Shown piece by piece: positions 38,782-50,432 of a stretch of DNA of 64,000 nucleotides. Positions within the stretch are counted from its first letter, which is position 1. Each line of letters begins with the position of its first letter. The DNA is from Dehalococcoidia bacterium (GTDB lineage Bacteria; Chloroflexota; Dehalococcoidia; Plut-88900): contig CBDFLQ010000005.1 of NCBI GenBank assembly GCA_965249275.1, positions 32,001 through 96,000 of the forward strand. The letters run 5' to 3'. The translations under genes were made by a program, and so were the position numbers. Under the pieces are notes generated by a model. The model was not told the DNA's origin. It saw only the letters and a program-made list of their open reading frames with translations, and did no database searches.

Positions 38782-39117
38782 ATGCCTGAAGACGCCCCCG
38801 CAACCCCCAGCTACACCATGGGCTACAGCGAGGAATTCCGGCAGATGCTCGACTAGCGCAGCGCCGAGACCCACGCCGCCTATCTACTACCCCACCTCAA
38901 ACCCGGCCACCGAGTCCTCGACTTCGGCTGTGGCCCCGGCACCATCTCCGTCGGGCTCGCACGCACGGTCTACCCCGGAGAGGTGCACGGCACCAAGTTC
39001 GGCTTGGCTACCCAGGAGCAGTTTGATGAATGGAGCGCCAGCCTGGACGATTGGAAAGCCGACCCCGCGGCCTCGGGCGCCCTCCCCTTTGGAGAGTGCG
39101 TGGCCTTCAATCCATAG
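38782..39117 (+). pseudogene. Class I SAM methyltransferase pseudogene
   Basis: MPEDAPATPSYTMGY...MLD*RSAETHAAYLLPHL..RVLDFGCGPGTIS; in-frame TAG at 38854; too short, joins directly to a C-terminal-like segment. Confidence 0.8.
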
Positions 39118-39145
39118 CATACCGGTTAGCTGATAGGAGAGAGAG

Positions 39146-39640
39146 ATGAGCGCTATTAAACTTCTGGCCGCCGTCTACATGCTCCTGGTGGCTGCGGCCG
39201 TGGCCGTCAATTTCATCGCCATCCTCTTCTATGACCCTCCATTGGGGGGCGGGTGGTTCGCTTACTCCTCTTTGTCCGACCCTGACCCTGTGTTGGGAGA
39301 TGCCGGGTTGACCGCCTGGCAGATTCTTGACCCTCTGATGGTAGCCGGTGTGATCATGGTCCTGATGTTTGCTTTCGGCGCAAAGCGCCGCCGGGACTCC
39401 GACTCCTCCAACAGGGCTATCGACCGGGAGTACCTGGAGGCCAACGTTACTTTCTATTTCTCCGGAGTCCTCCTCCTCGCCCTCCTCTGGAACTGGATTT
39501 CATCGCAGTGGGTGGTACCCGCCGGCTACAATGGTCTGCTCTGGGTATTCATCGATACCACCCTGCCCTTCCTCCTCGCCTCTACCGGTATCCGACTCCT
39601 CCGCCGGGACCCGGCCTTTAATTGCAGTCCCAAACAATAG
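39146..39640 (+). CDS. Hypothetical membrane protein (about 4 TM)
   Basis: Four hydrophobic segments; AGGAG RBS. Confidence 0.7.
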   Translation: MSAIKLLAAVYMLLVAAAVAVNFIAILFYDPPLGGGWFAYSSLSDPDPVLGDAGLTAWQILDPLMVAGVIMVLMFAFGAKRRRDSDSSNRAIDREYLEANVTFYFSGVLLLALLWNWISSQWVVPAGYNGLLWVFIDTTLPFLLASTGIRLLRRDPAFNCSPKQ

Positions 39641-39659
39641 TCACCGGAGTTTTTAGCCA

Positions 39660-41381
39660 ATGGTAGAGAATGTTCTCAAGCGCAGACGCGTTATTCTTGG
39701 CGGTGTAGGGATAGTCGTCGCCCTTGTCCTCTTGCTGAGCTTCCGATGCGGCGGGGAAGAGACACTCACCATCCTCTATTGGCAGGCCCCCTCCACCCCC
39801 AACCCCTACCTTTCGGGCGGGTTCAAGGACAGGGACGCCGGTGCCATCAGTCTCCAGCCCTTGGCCTACTTCGGCCCCAATGGCGCCCTTGTCCCGGCCC
39901 TCGCCGAGGACATCCCCACCCTCCAGAACGGCGGCATCTCCCAGGACCTCACCTCAATCACCTGGAATCTTAAGGACGACCTCAACTGGTCCGACGGCAG
40001 CGACCTCACCGCCGATGACGTGGTATTCACCTGGCGCTATTGCACCGACGAAGCTACAGGTTGCACCGCCAGCAGTTCATTCGCCGACATAACTTCCGTG
40101 GAGGCCCTGGACGACTCGACCGTCAAGATAACCTTCCACACCCCCACACCCTACCCCTACGTCCCCTTCGTCAGTTCCGGGGCACCGGTTCTCAGCCAGG
40201 CCCAATTCGCCGACTGTGTCGGTGCAGCGGCCGCAGACTGTGATGACGAGAATTTCGCCCCCCTGGGCCCGGGCCCCTACCGCATCGTCGAGTTCACCCC
40301 CGACGAACTGGCCGTCTACGAACGCAACCCCCACTACTACGGAGACAAGCCTTTTTTCGACCGTATCATCCTCAAGGGCGGCGGCGATGCTCTCACTGCC
40401 GCCAGGTCTGTCCTCGACGAAGGCGAGGCCGACTATGCCTGGAACCTCCAGATAGACCCCGAGACCCTCGCCACATTGGAGGCCGCTGGCAATGGCAAGG
40501 TTATCTCCGCGTTCTCAAGCCTTGTGGAGCGCATCGTCCTCAACCAGACCAACCCCGACCCCGCTCTCGGCGAAGACCGCTCCGATTACCTGGACGGCAC
40601 AAACCCCCATCCCTTCCTCACTTTCGCCCCCATCCCCCAAGCCATGTCCCTGGCCATCGACCGAAGCCTGGTATCCGAGAGGCTCTACGGCTTCGCAGGC
40701 GAGCCCACCTGCAACCTCATCGTCGGTCCCCCGACCTACGTGTCCACCGCAAACGACGGCTGTCTGACCCAGGACATCGGCGCCGCAAACCAGCTCCTCG
40801 AAGACAACGGCGTCCTGGACTCCGACGGAGACGGCATCCGCGAATACAACAGAGTTCCCCTAAAAATCACCTTCCAGACTTCCACCAATGACATCCGACA
40901 GGAGACCCAGGTCCTGGTCCAGGACTGGTGGTCGCAAATCGGCATCGAGACAGAAATCATCCACCACGACGCAGCCGCCTTCTTCGGTGGCGATCCCATA
41001 GCCGACAAGGACGCCCTCTACAGCCGCTTCTTCGCCGACGTCCAGATGTACGCCTCCGGCCCGGACATCGACCCTCAGCAATATCTCGTGGGCCTGACCT
41101 GCGAGGAAATCCCGGACCAGGACAACAACTGGGGCGGCGACAACGTTACGCGGGCCTGCAACCCGGAGTTCGACGAGTTAGTCAAGGAGCTTTCTCATAC
41201 CCCCATTGGCCCCGACCGCGACGCCCTCGTCAGACGGATGAATGACATCCAGGTACAGGCCTACTACGAGATTCCCCTGGTGAACCGAGGCATAGTCTCC
41301 GCCCACTCCGACACCCTAAAGGGGGTGCGTATCAACGGCTGGGACAGCGAGATGTGGAATATCGCCGAATGGCGTCGCTGA
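39660..41381 (+). CDS. Family 5 (peptide/nickel) ABC substrate-binding protein; no permease nearby
   Basis: LYWQAP...NPYL, WSDGSDLTADDVVFTW, GPGPY, EIPLV, WNIAEW. Confidence 0.9.
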   Translation: MVENVLKRRRVILGGVGIVVALVLLLSFRCGGEETLTILYWQAPSTPNPYLSGGFKDRDAGAISLQPLAYFGPNGALVPALAEDIPTLQNGGISQDLTSITWNLKDDLNWSDGSDLTADDVVFTWRYCTDEATGCTASSSFADITSVEALDDSTVKITFHTPTPYPYVPFVSSGAPVLSQAQFADCVGAAAADCDDENFAPLGPGPYRIVEFTPDELAVYERNPHYYGDKPFFDRIILKGGGDALTAARSVLDEGEADYAWNLQIDPETLATLEAAGNGKVISAFSSLVERIVLNQTNPDPALGEDRSDYLDGTNPHPFLTFAPIPQAMSLAIDRSLVSERLYGFAGEPTCNLIVGPPTYVSTANDGCLTQDIGAANQLLEDNGVLDSDGDGIREYNRVPLKITFQTSTNDIRQETQVLVQDWWSQIGIETEIIHHDAAAFFGGDPIADKDALYSRFFADVQMYASGPDIDPQQYLVGLTCEEIPDQDNNWGGDNVTRACNPEFDELVKELSHTPIGPDRDALVRRMNDIQVQAYYEIPLVNRGIVSAHSDTLKGVRINGWDSEMWNIAEWRR

Positions 41382-41568
41382 TTGACCTATTTCCTCTGTC
41401 CTACTATCCTCTATCACCTACGGGAGAGGTTGCGGTGATGACATATCAAGCCCTGCGCCAACCGGAGGATCCAATGAGGCGGGGATTATCCCAAGCTTCG
41501 TAGGCAAAAGCCGAGGCAGGCATTAAACTGAAAAAGAGCGTGTTTGCTGAATTTTCGGGAGGCCGACC

Positions 41569-41907
41569 ATGAATGTAGAAGTCCAGAGACAAGACGGCAA
41601 TCTGATAGCCTTGGTTGAAGGATCCGTCGATGGCAATAACGCCGCCGCGTTCCAGGCTTCCTTGCAGGACTCAGTCCAGCAGGGCGATAAGTCGATGGTC
41701 TTGGACCTCGGGGCGCTAGTCTACATCAGCAGTGCCGGCTTGCGGGTCCTGCTGCTCGTCGCCAAGGACATGCAGAACAGTGGCGCAAACTTTGCAATCT
41801 GCTCTCTCCAGGGGCAGGTCAGGGAGCTTTTCTCGGTCAGCGGCTTCGACCAGATCATCCAGATCAGCGACTCCCAGGAAGACGCCATCAGCTCCTTCAA
41901 CCAGTAA
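41569..41907 (+). CDS. STAS-domain anti-sigma factor antagonist (RsbV/SpoIIAA-like)
   Basis: LDL..LVYISSAGLRVLL with phosphoacceptor Ser; SGFD. Confidence 0.92.
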   Translation: MNVEVQRQDGNLIALVEGSVDGNNAAAFQASLQDSVQQGDKSMVLDLGALVYISSAGLRVLLLVAKDMQNSGANFAICSLQGQVRELFSVSGFDQIIQISDSQEDAISSFNQ

Positions 41908-41970
41908 TCTCTCTAACTCGATGAGTCCTTTGCATAAACCTTATCCCTGGCGGCGGAGGGGAGGTCCAGT

Positions 41971-42009
41971 CCCCTCTCCCTCGATGGGAGAGGGCTAGGG
42001 TGAGGGTGA
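41971..42009. repeat. Family C repeat (CCCTCTCCC..GGGAGAGGG..AGGGTGAGGGT)
   Basis: Degenerate relatives at about 6088-6120, 28677-28727 and 32718-32756. Confidence 0.65.
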
Positions 42010-42023
42010 TTCCCCCCCCACAC

Positions 42024-42062
42024 AAAAAAGTGCCGCTCGGCCTGGCCGAGCGGCACTTATCT
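42024..42062. terminator. Probable bidirectional intrinsic terminator between STAS and GPP34 genes
   Basis: AAAAAAGTGCCGCTCGGC-CTG-GCCGAGCGGCACTT. Confidence 0.8.
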
Positions 42063-42081
42063 TTATCCCTTGTAATACGTC

Positions 42082-42732
42082 CTAATAAAGATGCGGCTGC
42101 ATCGACGATATCACCGTCAGTTCGATATCCCTGATCGCCTGTGACATCGCCTGGCCGATGAGGTCCAGCTTCCGCACCTGCTCGATACGCGGCGCGACCT
42201 GTCCCAACTGCCGCCGAGACAGCAGCTCCTTGAAGATGCCGCACGCATCCACCAGGCAGATGATCATGATGTCCCGGGGATCGGGGATTTCGTCGCTGAA
42301 CAGGACGCCCATGATCCGCAGCTTCACCTCGCGCTCCGCCTCTCCGTCTATCATCGGGTAGCGCCGAGACCTGAACATCCACATGAATCGGTCGTCCTGC
42401 CGTTCCAGGATGCCGCCAGCCACCAGCCGGTTCAGCGCATCCTCCCGGATCTCGCCCGCCCGCTCGGCTATCTTTTCCAGCCAATACCGGGTGTCTTGCC
42501 CCTCGCCCTCGGCTATCTCCGCAAGCACGGGGTCGAGAAGGTTGTCCCCGACAGGCGTGGAGTCGATCAGCATCAGGTTCTCAATGTCCGTGTCGATGCG
42601 GTTCTCCATCGCCAGGTCCATCAGTATGCCTCCCGCAAGGGCATAGTTGAGGGACCACCTGGGCACCCCCACGAACTTCCCGTCCTCGTCGTCCAGCAGG
42701 ATCAGGATGATCTCTTCGGCAAACCTTAGCAT
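42082..42732 (-). CDS. GPP34 (GOLPH3/Vps74-like) family protein
   Basis: AEEIILILLD, LAGGILMDL, L...GIL...F.SRRYP. Confidence 0.85.
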   Translation of the reverse strand: MLRFAEEIILILLDDEDGKFVGVPRWSLNYALAGGILMDLAMENRIDTDIENLMLIDSTPVGDNLLDPVLAEIAEGEGQDTRYWLEKIAERAGEIREDALNRLVAGGILERQDDRFMWMFRSRRYPMIDGEAEREVKLRIMGVLFSDEIPDPRDIMIICLVDACGIFKELLSRRQLGQVAPRIEQVRKLDLIGQAMSQAIRDIELTVISSMQPHLY

Positions 42733-42826
42733 CGTACTTTCCTCTCACTCCGGGGAGCCGAGCGATTTGTGCCAATTCTATCCCACCCCCAACCCATCTG
42801 ATAACCCCCGACCCACTCCAATTTCC

Positions 42827-44239
42827 CTATTGCTCCGTCAGCCGCTCGACTATCTCCAGCGTCAACTCGACACTCTGTGCGAGAGGCTCGGGTTGCAGGT
42901 GTTCCAGCGTGTCCAGGGGAGAGTTGATGTAGGTCACGTCATCGGCGAACAGGAAGATAACGTCAATGCTGGCCAGCATGAAGGCTATGTGGTCGGAGCC
43001 GTAGCCCGCGCCAAGGTCCACGGTGCCCAGTTCGAAACCGATGTCCGCCGCCATCTCCACTGCCAATTCCACCATTCTTTCAGTCCCGATGCCCGTCAGC
43101 TCACCCGTACCTACCACGTCCAGGTTAATCATCGCCAATATTCTGTCCGACTCCCCCTCCCCCAGCCCCCCGACATACGCAAAGCTGCCGTTAAGCCCTA
43201 TCTCCTCCGCCCCGAACAGGACGAACCTCAGGTCGAAGGGAAGCTCATCGTCCGACAGCTCTTCCGCCACGACCAACGCCGCCGCCACCCCGCTTCCGTT
43301 GTCATTCGCACCCGGGGAGTTGGGTGTCGTGTCATAGTGCGCCCCGATTACAAGCGTCTCGTCGTCTTCTATGTCATTGTTCAGCTCGGCGACGACGTTC
43401 CGGGACGGCTGTTGCGCTAACGGTGATTTGGAGACCCTCACCTCTAGGCCGCCCCCCGTTTCCAAGGCCCGCAACAACCCCCGCCCCTCCCGATTACCGA
43501 TCCCGATGGCGGGAATCCTGGTGTCTCGAAATACCCTATCCCAGGATGCTCCGGCGTTGGGCTCCTCATTGAATATCACCGCCGCCGCCGCCCCGGCCTC
43601 CCCCGCCCCCTCCACCTTCTCCCTAAGCGACACCCCCCCACCCCCCTCTATCAGCGCGATCTTCCCCTTCAGGTCGACCCCCGAGAAATCCTCTTCCGTG
43701 CCCCGGCCCGCGTACGCCATTTGCCCCTCCACCTCGTACCCCTCCGCGGCCAGGGATGACGGGTCCACCGGAAATGCAAACATCCACACCCTGTCCCCTT
43801 CCCTGTACCCGAGCCTCGACAGTCCCGCCACCGCATCCCCCGGCCCTAGCACTACGAGCCGGGTTGCGCCCCCAATCTCGACAGCCTCAAATTCCTGCAG
43901 CCCCACCTCATACCCCCACCCCGAGAACCGACCCGCAAAATACTCCGCCGCCCTCAACTCCTCATCCGTAGCGCTCTCCCTCGGACTAACCTCCTCCGCC
44001 AACATAACCGCCGTATCCCAAACCTTCTGCGCGAGGGGGTCGGGCGTGGGGGTGGGTGCCTCCGCAGGAGTCTGAACCGGTACGAGTGTCGCCGTTGGCG
44101 AGGCGGTGGGCAAGGGCGTTGAAGTCGGAGCCATAGTAGCCTCACTCCCACCACAGGCCACGACTAGGGCGAGGGCCACGAGAGCGGCTAGGGAGAGGAT
44201 AGCGAGCCTAACGGCGCGGCGAGTCGTTAAAGAGTTCAT
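42827..44239 (-). CDS. M28 aminopeptidase with PA domain, lipoprotein
   Basis: Lipobox VVAC, GAHYD, GANDNGSG, AEEIGL.GS, NLDVVG, SDH. Confidence 0.9.
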   Translation of the reverse strand: MNSLTTRRAVRLAILSLAALVALALVVACGGSEATMAPTSTPLPTASPTATLVPVQTPAEAPTPTPDPLAQKVWDTAVMLAEEVSPRESATDEELRAAEYFAGRFSGWGYEVGLQEFEAVEIGGATRLVVLGPGDAVAGLSRLGYREGDRVWMFAFPVDPSSLAAEGYEVEGQMAYAGRGTEEDFSGVDLKGKIALIEGGGGVSLREKVEGAGEAGAAAAVIFNEEPNAGASWDRVFRDTRIPAIGIGNREGRGLLRALETGGGLEVRVSKSPLAQQPSRNVVAELNNDIEDDETLVIGAHYDTTPNSPGANDNGSGVAAALVVAEELSDDELPFDLRFVLFGAEEIGLNGSFAYVGGLGEGESDRILAMINLDVVGTGELTGIGTERMVELAVEMAADIGFELGTVDLGAGYGSDHIAFMLASIDVIFLFADDVTYINSPLDTLEHLQPEPLAQSVELTLEIVERLTEQ

Positions 44240-44470
44240 ACATATACTTTAACGTTGAGCTTGGAGCGGGGTTAGGGGTGGGGGGGACTTATGCCGATTG
44301 AAATGGATGCCTACCTCAACAGGCTCCTAAAGAATGGATACGTATAATATTAAGGTAAACGAACTTAAGCTTGGGGAATCTGATATAGTTGCGAGTCCTT
44401 GCCGCGCAAACGGATGCTTTTCGGGTTTGGTGTAGCGTGCGGAGGGCTGAGATGGAAGGATAACAAGGAT

Positions 44471-44923
44471 ATGGCCCTGAGTAAGCAGGAATTCGACACT
44501 ATTCTCAATGACACTACCAAGACAATTGCCGAAGATATCTCGTGGGAGGGCACTCGGGATTTCTCGGCGCGAGAATTTCGAATCAACATTGATTCCGATG
44601 AGGGATACCCTATATTTGTTAAGGGTTGGTACAATCCTGCATCCGCAAAGTTGTCTTACGCCATCATCCATCGAGGAGTGGGCCGAATCTATGGCCTTGA
44701 TTTAGGAGCAGAGCATCGCAACCCAGATGGTGAATTCGTAGGCGAGAAACACAAGAACTTCTGGGTGCCAGGCAGCCGAGACAAGTGGGCCTATGTACCC
44801 ACCGATATTACCGAGACATGGACCCGACCAGTCGCTGTGTGGAATCAATTCTGTAGAGAGGCGAATCTGCAGCATTTGGGAACAATCCAGAATCCGGTGT
44901 CCCAAGGGGAATTGCTGTTATGA
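44471..44923 (+). CDS. Hypothetical protein (DUF6978-like) with HRNPDG..HK motif
   Basis: RIYGLDLGAEHRNPDGEFVGEKHK; coupled to the next gene by ATGA. Confidence 0.65.
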   Translation: MALSKQEFDTILNDTTKTIAEDISWEGTRDFSAREFRINIDSDEGYPIFVKGWYNPASAKLSYAIIHRGVGRIYGLDLGAEHRNPDGEFVGEKHKNFWVPGSRDKWAYVPTDITETWTRPVAVWNQFCREANLQHLGTIQNPVSQGELLL

Positions 44924-45699
44924 ACGTACACGAGCTTTGCGGTGCCGTTGGCAAGACTTTGCCTCCTCTCTTCGTGTGCTCGCCCGCTCCGCAAGAGGGA
45001 GTGCGAGTACGTACCCCATTACTGTATCCAGACGGTGGGCTTGTAGACGTGTTCGTTCTGGAGCGTAGCAATGGTTACATTATCACGGACCATGGAGATG
45101 CGCTGGGCTGGCTTGGGTTGCAATCAGTAAGCCGACGCCTTTCTCCGAAACAGAATTTGCTGGTCAAAGATGTTTGCCAAACTCTCGGCCTTCAGTTATT
45201 CCACAACCAGTTAGTCCTGCGTTCGGTACCAAACAACTCACTAGGAGAATCGGTGCTTCGCGTTGCACAAGCAGCCGTCAGGGTCTCCGACTTGTGGTTC
45301 ACATTACGCAGCCATTCACTCCAAACGACTGCAGATGAAGTGGACGAATGGCTAAGCGAAAAGCGAATTCCATTCGAACGCCAAGTGACAAAACAAGGCC
45401 GATCCGCCCAAAGCTGGACTATTGATTTTGAGACTCAGACCGATGATCGGACATCTCTAATTTTCCTACTAAACACGGGGTCTCGAGGAGCTGCCAGACG
45501 GATTGCAGAGCACGTCTTGGCAGGCTGTGTTGACTTGAGTCATCTCAAAGTGGGGCAACCCAACGTAACCTTCGTTTCTTTATTCGACGACACTGAAGAT
45601 GTGTGGCGTCCGGAGGATTTCCAGTTGGTGGAGGATCATTCCGAAATAGCCCATTGGTCTCGCCCCGATGAGCTTGCCAGCATATTGAACCCTTCGTAA
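44920..45699 (+). CDS. DUF1828/DUF1829-like protein
   Basis: RTPLLYPDG.LVDVF, ITDHG, GRS..WTIDF. Confidence 0.75.
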   Translation: MNVHELCGAVGKTLPPLFVCSPAPQEGVRVRTPLLYPDGGLVDVFVLERSNGYIITDHGDALGWLGLQSVSRRLSPKQNLLVKDVCQTLGLQLFHNQLVLRSVPNNSLGESVLRVAQAAVRVSDLWFTLRSHSLQTTADEVDEWLSEKRIPFERQVTKQGRSAQSWTIDFETQTDDRTSLIFLLNTGSRGAARRIAEHVLAGCVDLSHLKVGQPNVTFVSLFDDTEDVWRPEDFQLVEDHSEIAHWSRPDELASILNPS

Positions 45700-46032
45700 A
45701 GAACAATACGGAGGATTTTGTCCAGAAGATGATCTTGACTTGGCTCCTCCCCCTGAGTTACCTCGTGGGGGGATGCTAGGCTCAATCCAGCAAGCTCTTG
45801 TTTGCAAGGCAACTGCTCTCCCAAACTAAGCTATTACCCCCTACCACACGCGGCAGCAACTAATGAAAGCAAAATGAGAGCAAGTGGTATTACCTTAGGC
45901 ACGCTCTAGGCGCGTCATAAACGTTCTCTCTAGCTTCATCATGCCCCCCACCCCCCAAATCCTCACCTTTCCTCCCCTCCTCCTTCCCGTAGGGATGGGT
46001 CGCGACCCGCCTCGGCGAGTGACATCAACCCC

Positions 46033-46061
46033 TTGACCTGTATGAACATTAGTGCTATTAT
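46033..46061 (+). promoter_or_regulatory. Sigma70 promoter overlapped by a LexA-box-like site
   Basis: TTGACC-17 bp-TATTAT with GAAC-ATTA-GTGC in the spacer. Confidence 0.55.
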
Positions 46062-46627
46062 CCCCACCGTTCGAACACCACCCTAACTACCTCAAGGAGG
46101 AACCAAAAACTAGGGAAGCCCACCCGACCCACCCGAGGACTCAACGCCCCAGCCCATCCCAACGTCCCCCACGCAGGGCCCGCGGCTCAAGCGACCGACG
46201 CCATCTCCTCATCCCACGGGTCCCGTGCCCCTTCCCTACCCCCAGGCGATGGAAGATGTCCTGGACTCAACCCGGCACAGGCCCTCCTAATGGAAGGGCC
46301 GAAGAGACGGGCCATAACAGCCGAAAGATGCAGTGCCTTTCTTGCAGGGCGCCCTACGTGGCCGGCATTGACCTTGCCGGCGAATCGAATGAGCCCCCCA
46401 ACGTGGGGCTACAAGGGCCATCGAGCCCTTTCTGGTGGACGGGGAGCCCCCACACTGGGAGACTTTCTCCCCCCTGACCGCCTTCACAAACACAAGTGGG
46501 ATGAGCAGGCCGGCCTCCCGCCCCCTGCGCCCGAGTCCCGGACCTTCCATCGCTGACCCAAAACCCTAACAAGACAATCAACCCCCCCACAACTGAATCC
46601 CCCACCCCCTCCCCGATGCGCTAACAT

Positions 46628-48376
<1,749 letters not shown>

Positions 48377-48421
48377 GGTCTACTCCACTGTAGGGGCGCT
48401 TCCCCGCTGACCGCGCGCCCC

Positions 48422-50167
48422 CTACCGAGTCTTGTCCACGTGTACCGTGACTATATCCATTCCGTGGTACTTCTGGTGGCGTAACGACGACGCATAATGA
48501 CGCAGCAGTCGGAAGGATATTTCACGAGTGTCAGCGATTTCCACTGATTCTCCCACGTATGCCAGCCTGTCCTCCAGGTTTTCCTCCCCCACCGTCGACA
48601 CAAACTCCAGCTCCGCCCCTCCCCATGTCGCCCGCGCGCTCACACTTAAACTATGTGGTTTGTCTCTGTCTACGTCGTCGCCTTCTGCGGAAAGCAGGCT
48701 GGTCAACGTCTCCTCCCCGACCAATCTCAGCCGCTGCATCGACTCGGAGTCCCATCCGGCCTTCGTTGCAAACTCCTCAAGGAAATCATTCAACTTTGGC
48801 AAGGATTCAATATCCAGGGCAACCCTCAAGCGTTTTCGTCGGGGGCCTGTCAACTCCAGGAACACCATCATTATTACCGCAATCATCGCCCCCGCAGTCA
48901 TCCCGTTGCCCAGCAGAATGCCCAGGAAGCCTTCTCCCAGCAGTTCAGGGAATATCCATCCGTTCTGGAACCCCGTTCCCAGCCAGAAAGACATCCCTAC
49001 AAGGACGGCCTTTCGGTGATCGACCCCGTCCTGAATTATGACTCTCATTCCCTGCACGAACAGCAACCCGATGAGGACCGTCAAGAAGCCGGCAGCCACG
49101 GGGGCCGGGATCGCGATCAACACGGCCGTAAACTTTGGGAAGAATGCCACTGCCACGAAGATCGCTCCGATGATGACCCCCACCCGCCGGGCCGAGACTC
49201 CCGTCACCTCCGCCATGGCTACGCTTGTTCCGTAGGGCGTGCTGGGCAGCGTCCCCGCGAAGCCCGATAGAAATTTCCCCACTCCGTCGGCGTTCAGCGC
49301 CCCCTGCACCACCCGGTAATCCGTCGCCCGTGGCCTGCGCTGGGACACCCTCTGGATAGCCACCGAATTCCCGATTGTTTCTATGGAACTGACTGCAGTG
49401 AACAATACGAAAGCAGGAAGCAGTGCCCAGAACTCCGTGCCTGGGGTTACGTCGAGCCCCGGCCACGATCCCATCGGTACTCCAACCCACGGAGCGTCCA
49501 GTATCTGTCCCACGTCGTATAGGCCGAAGGGTGCACCCGCTAAGGAGCCCACCGCTATTCCGATTATCGGTGACCACAACCGCCAGGCCGGGGGCCCCCT
49601 CAGCACGAGCCCCGCCACCACCAGAATGGTCACACCCACCGAAATGGGAGCGGCCCCTTTGGAAACGCCTTCCGGGACCTCATTCAGGATGTCGAACATC
49701 ACCGGCATGATCGTAACGGCTATCAGCATGATTACCGTGCCCGATACCACCGGCGTGAATATCCGCCTAAGCAGCGATAGCCGGGAAGCCAGCAGAATCT
49801 GAAACAGGGATGAGACCAGGATGAGGCTCGCCATGGTTGCGGGGCCCGCCTCGCTCAGCGCGTCTGCGCAGACGGCTATGTACGCCCCGGACGTGCCCAT
49901 AATTAGTACATGCCCCGCCCCTACACGCCCGATCTTGACGGCCTGCAGCGCTGTGATGACCCCGCTCACCGCCAAGGCCGCAAACACGGCCCAAGAGACG
50001 TAGCTCTCTGGTTGATCAGCTATCCGCGCCACTATCACCACTGTCACCACCACACGCGTCACCATGATCGCAGAAGCCTGGATCCCCGCCCCCAGCGCTA
50101 CCAGGTGCGGGGGCTTTTCATCCGGTTCGTAAAGTACGTTTTCGTTTTCGCGATTTGCTGAGGCCAA
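48422..50167 (-). CDS. NCS2 (xanthine/uracil) permease fused to a degenerate RsbW-like HATPase domain
   Basis: YEPDEKPP, TPVVSGTVI, ETIG, ADG, TGVSARRVG; soluble C-terminal 140 aa with RLRLVGEETL...SFRLLRHYA. Confidence 0.8.
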   Translation of the reverse strand: MASANRENENVLYEPDEKPPHLVALGAGIQASAIMVTRVVVTVVIVARIADQPESYVSWAVFAALAVSGVITALQAVKIGRVGAGHVLIMGTSGAYIAVCADALSEAGPATMASLILVSSLFQILLASRLSLLRRIFTPVVSGTVIMLIAVTIMPVMFDILNEVPEGVSKGAAPISVGVTILVVAGLVLRGPPAWRLWSPIIGIAVGSLAGAPFGLYDVGQILDAPWVGVPMGSWPGLDVTPGTEFWALLPAFVLFTAVSSIETIGNSVAIQRVSQRRPRATDYRVVQGALNADGVGKFLSGFAGTLPSTPYGTSVAMAEVTGVSARRVGVIIGAIFVAVAFFPKFTAVLIAIPAPVAAGFLTVLIGLLFVQGMRVIIQDGVDHRKAVLVGMSFWLGTGFQNGWIFPELLGEGFLGILLGNGMTAGAMIAVIMMVFLELTGPRRKRLRVALDIESLPKLNDFLEEFATKAGWDSESMQRLRLVGEETLTSLLSAEGDDVDRDKPHSLSVSARATWGGAELEFVSTVGEENLEDRLAYVGESVEIADTREISFRLLRHYASSLRHQKYHGMDIVTVHVDKTR

Positions 50168-50343
50168 TTACACCCCGGCCGCCTGAGAGTTCGCACTACT
50201 ATGCTAGCGAGGCAGGCCAAGTGTACAGCATCGCAAACTCATTGGTGGGCAGCCTTGGACCGCTAGCGTTTACTCGCCCTCACTAAGTTCAACGGTCCAG
50301 CCTGCAGTACCGTCCACCTCCATCCACGGTGCCCCACCCCTCC

Positions 50344-50359
50344 CTTTTGAGACAGGCTC
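50344..50359. mobile_element. Solo end of the same MITE/IS family
   Basis: CTTTTGAGACAGGCTC identical to 25931-25946. Confidence 0.6.
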
Positions 50360-50432
50360 CTCGTGGGCGCCCTCCCCCCGAGCCGCGCGAGGTTTACCGA
50401 AGGACAAGTGGCCTCTGTCAGGAGGTTTTCCC

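Noticed and set aside
38854-38856. In-frame TAG as pyrrolysine or read-through
   Set aside because: The gene also appears to lack its central portion and no pyl genes are seen; a pseudogene is the simpler explanation
41400-41568. c-di-GMP riboswitch upstream of the STAS gene
   Set aside because: Only a GGCAAA fragment matches; the rest of the GEMM architecture is not evident
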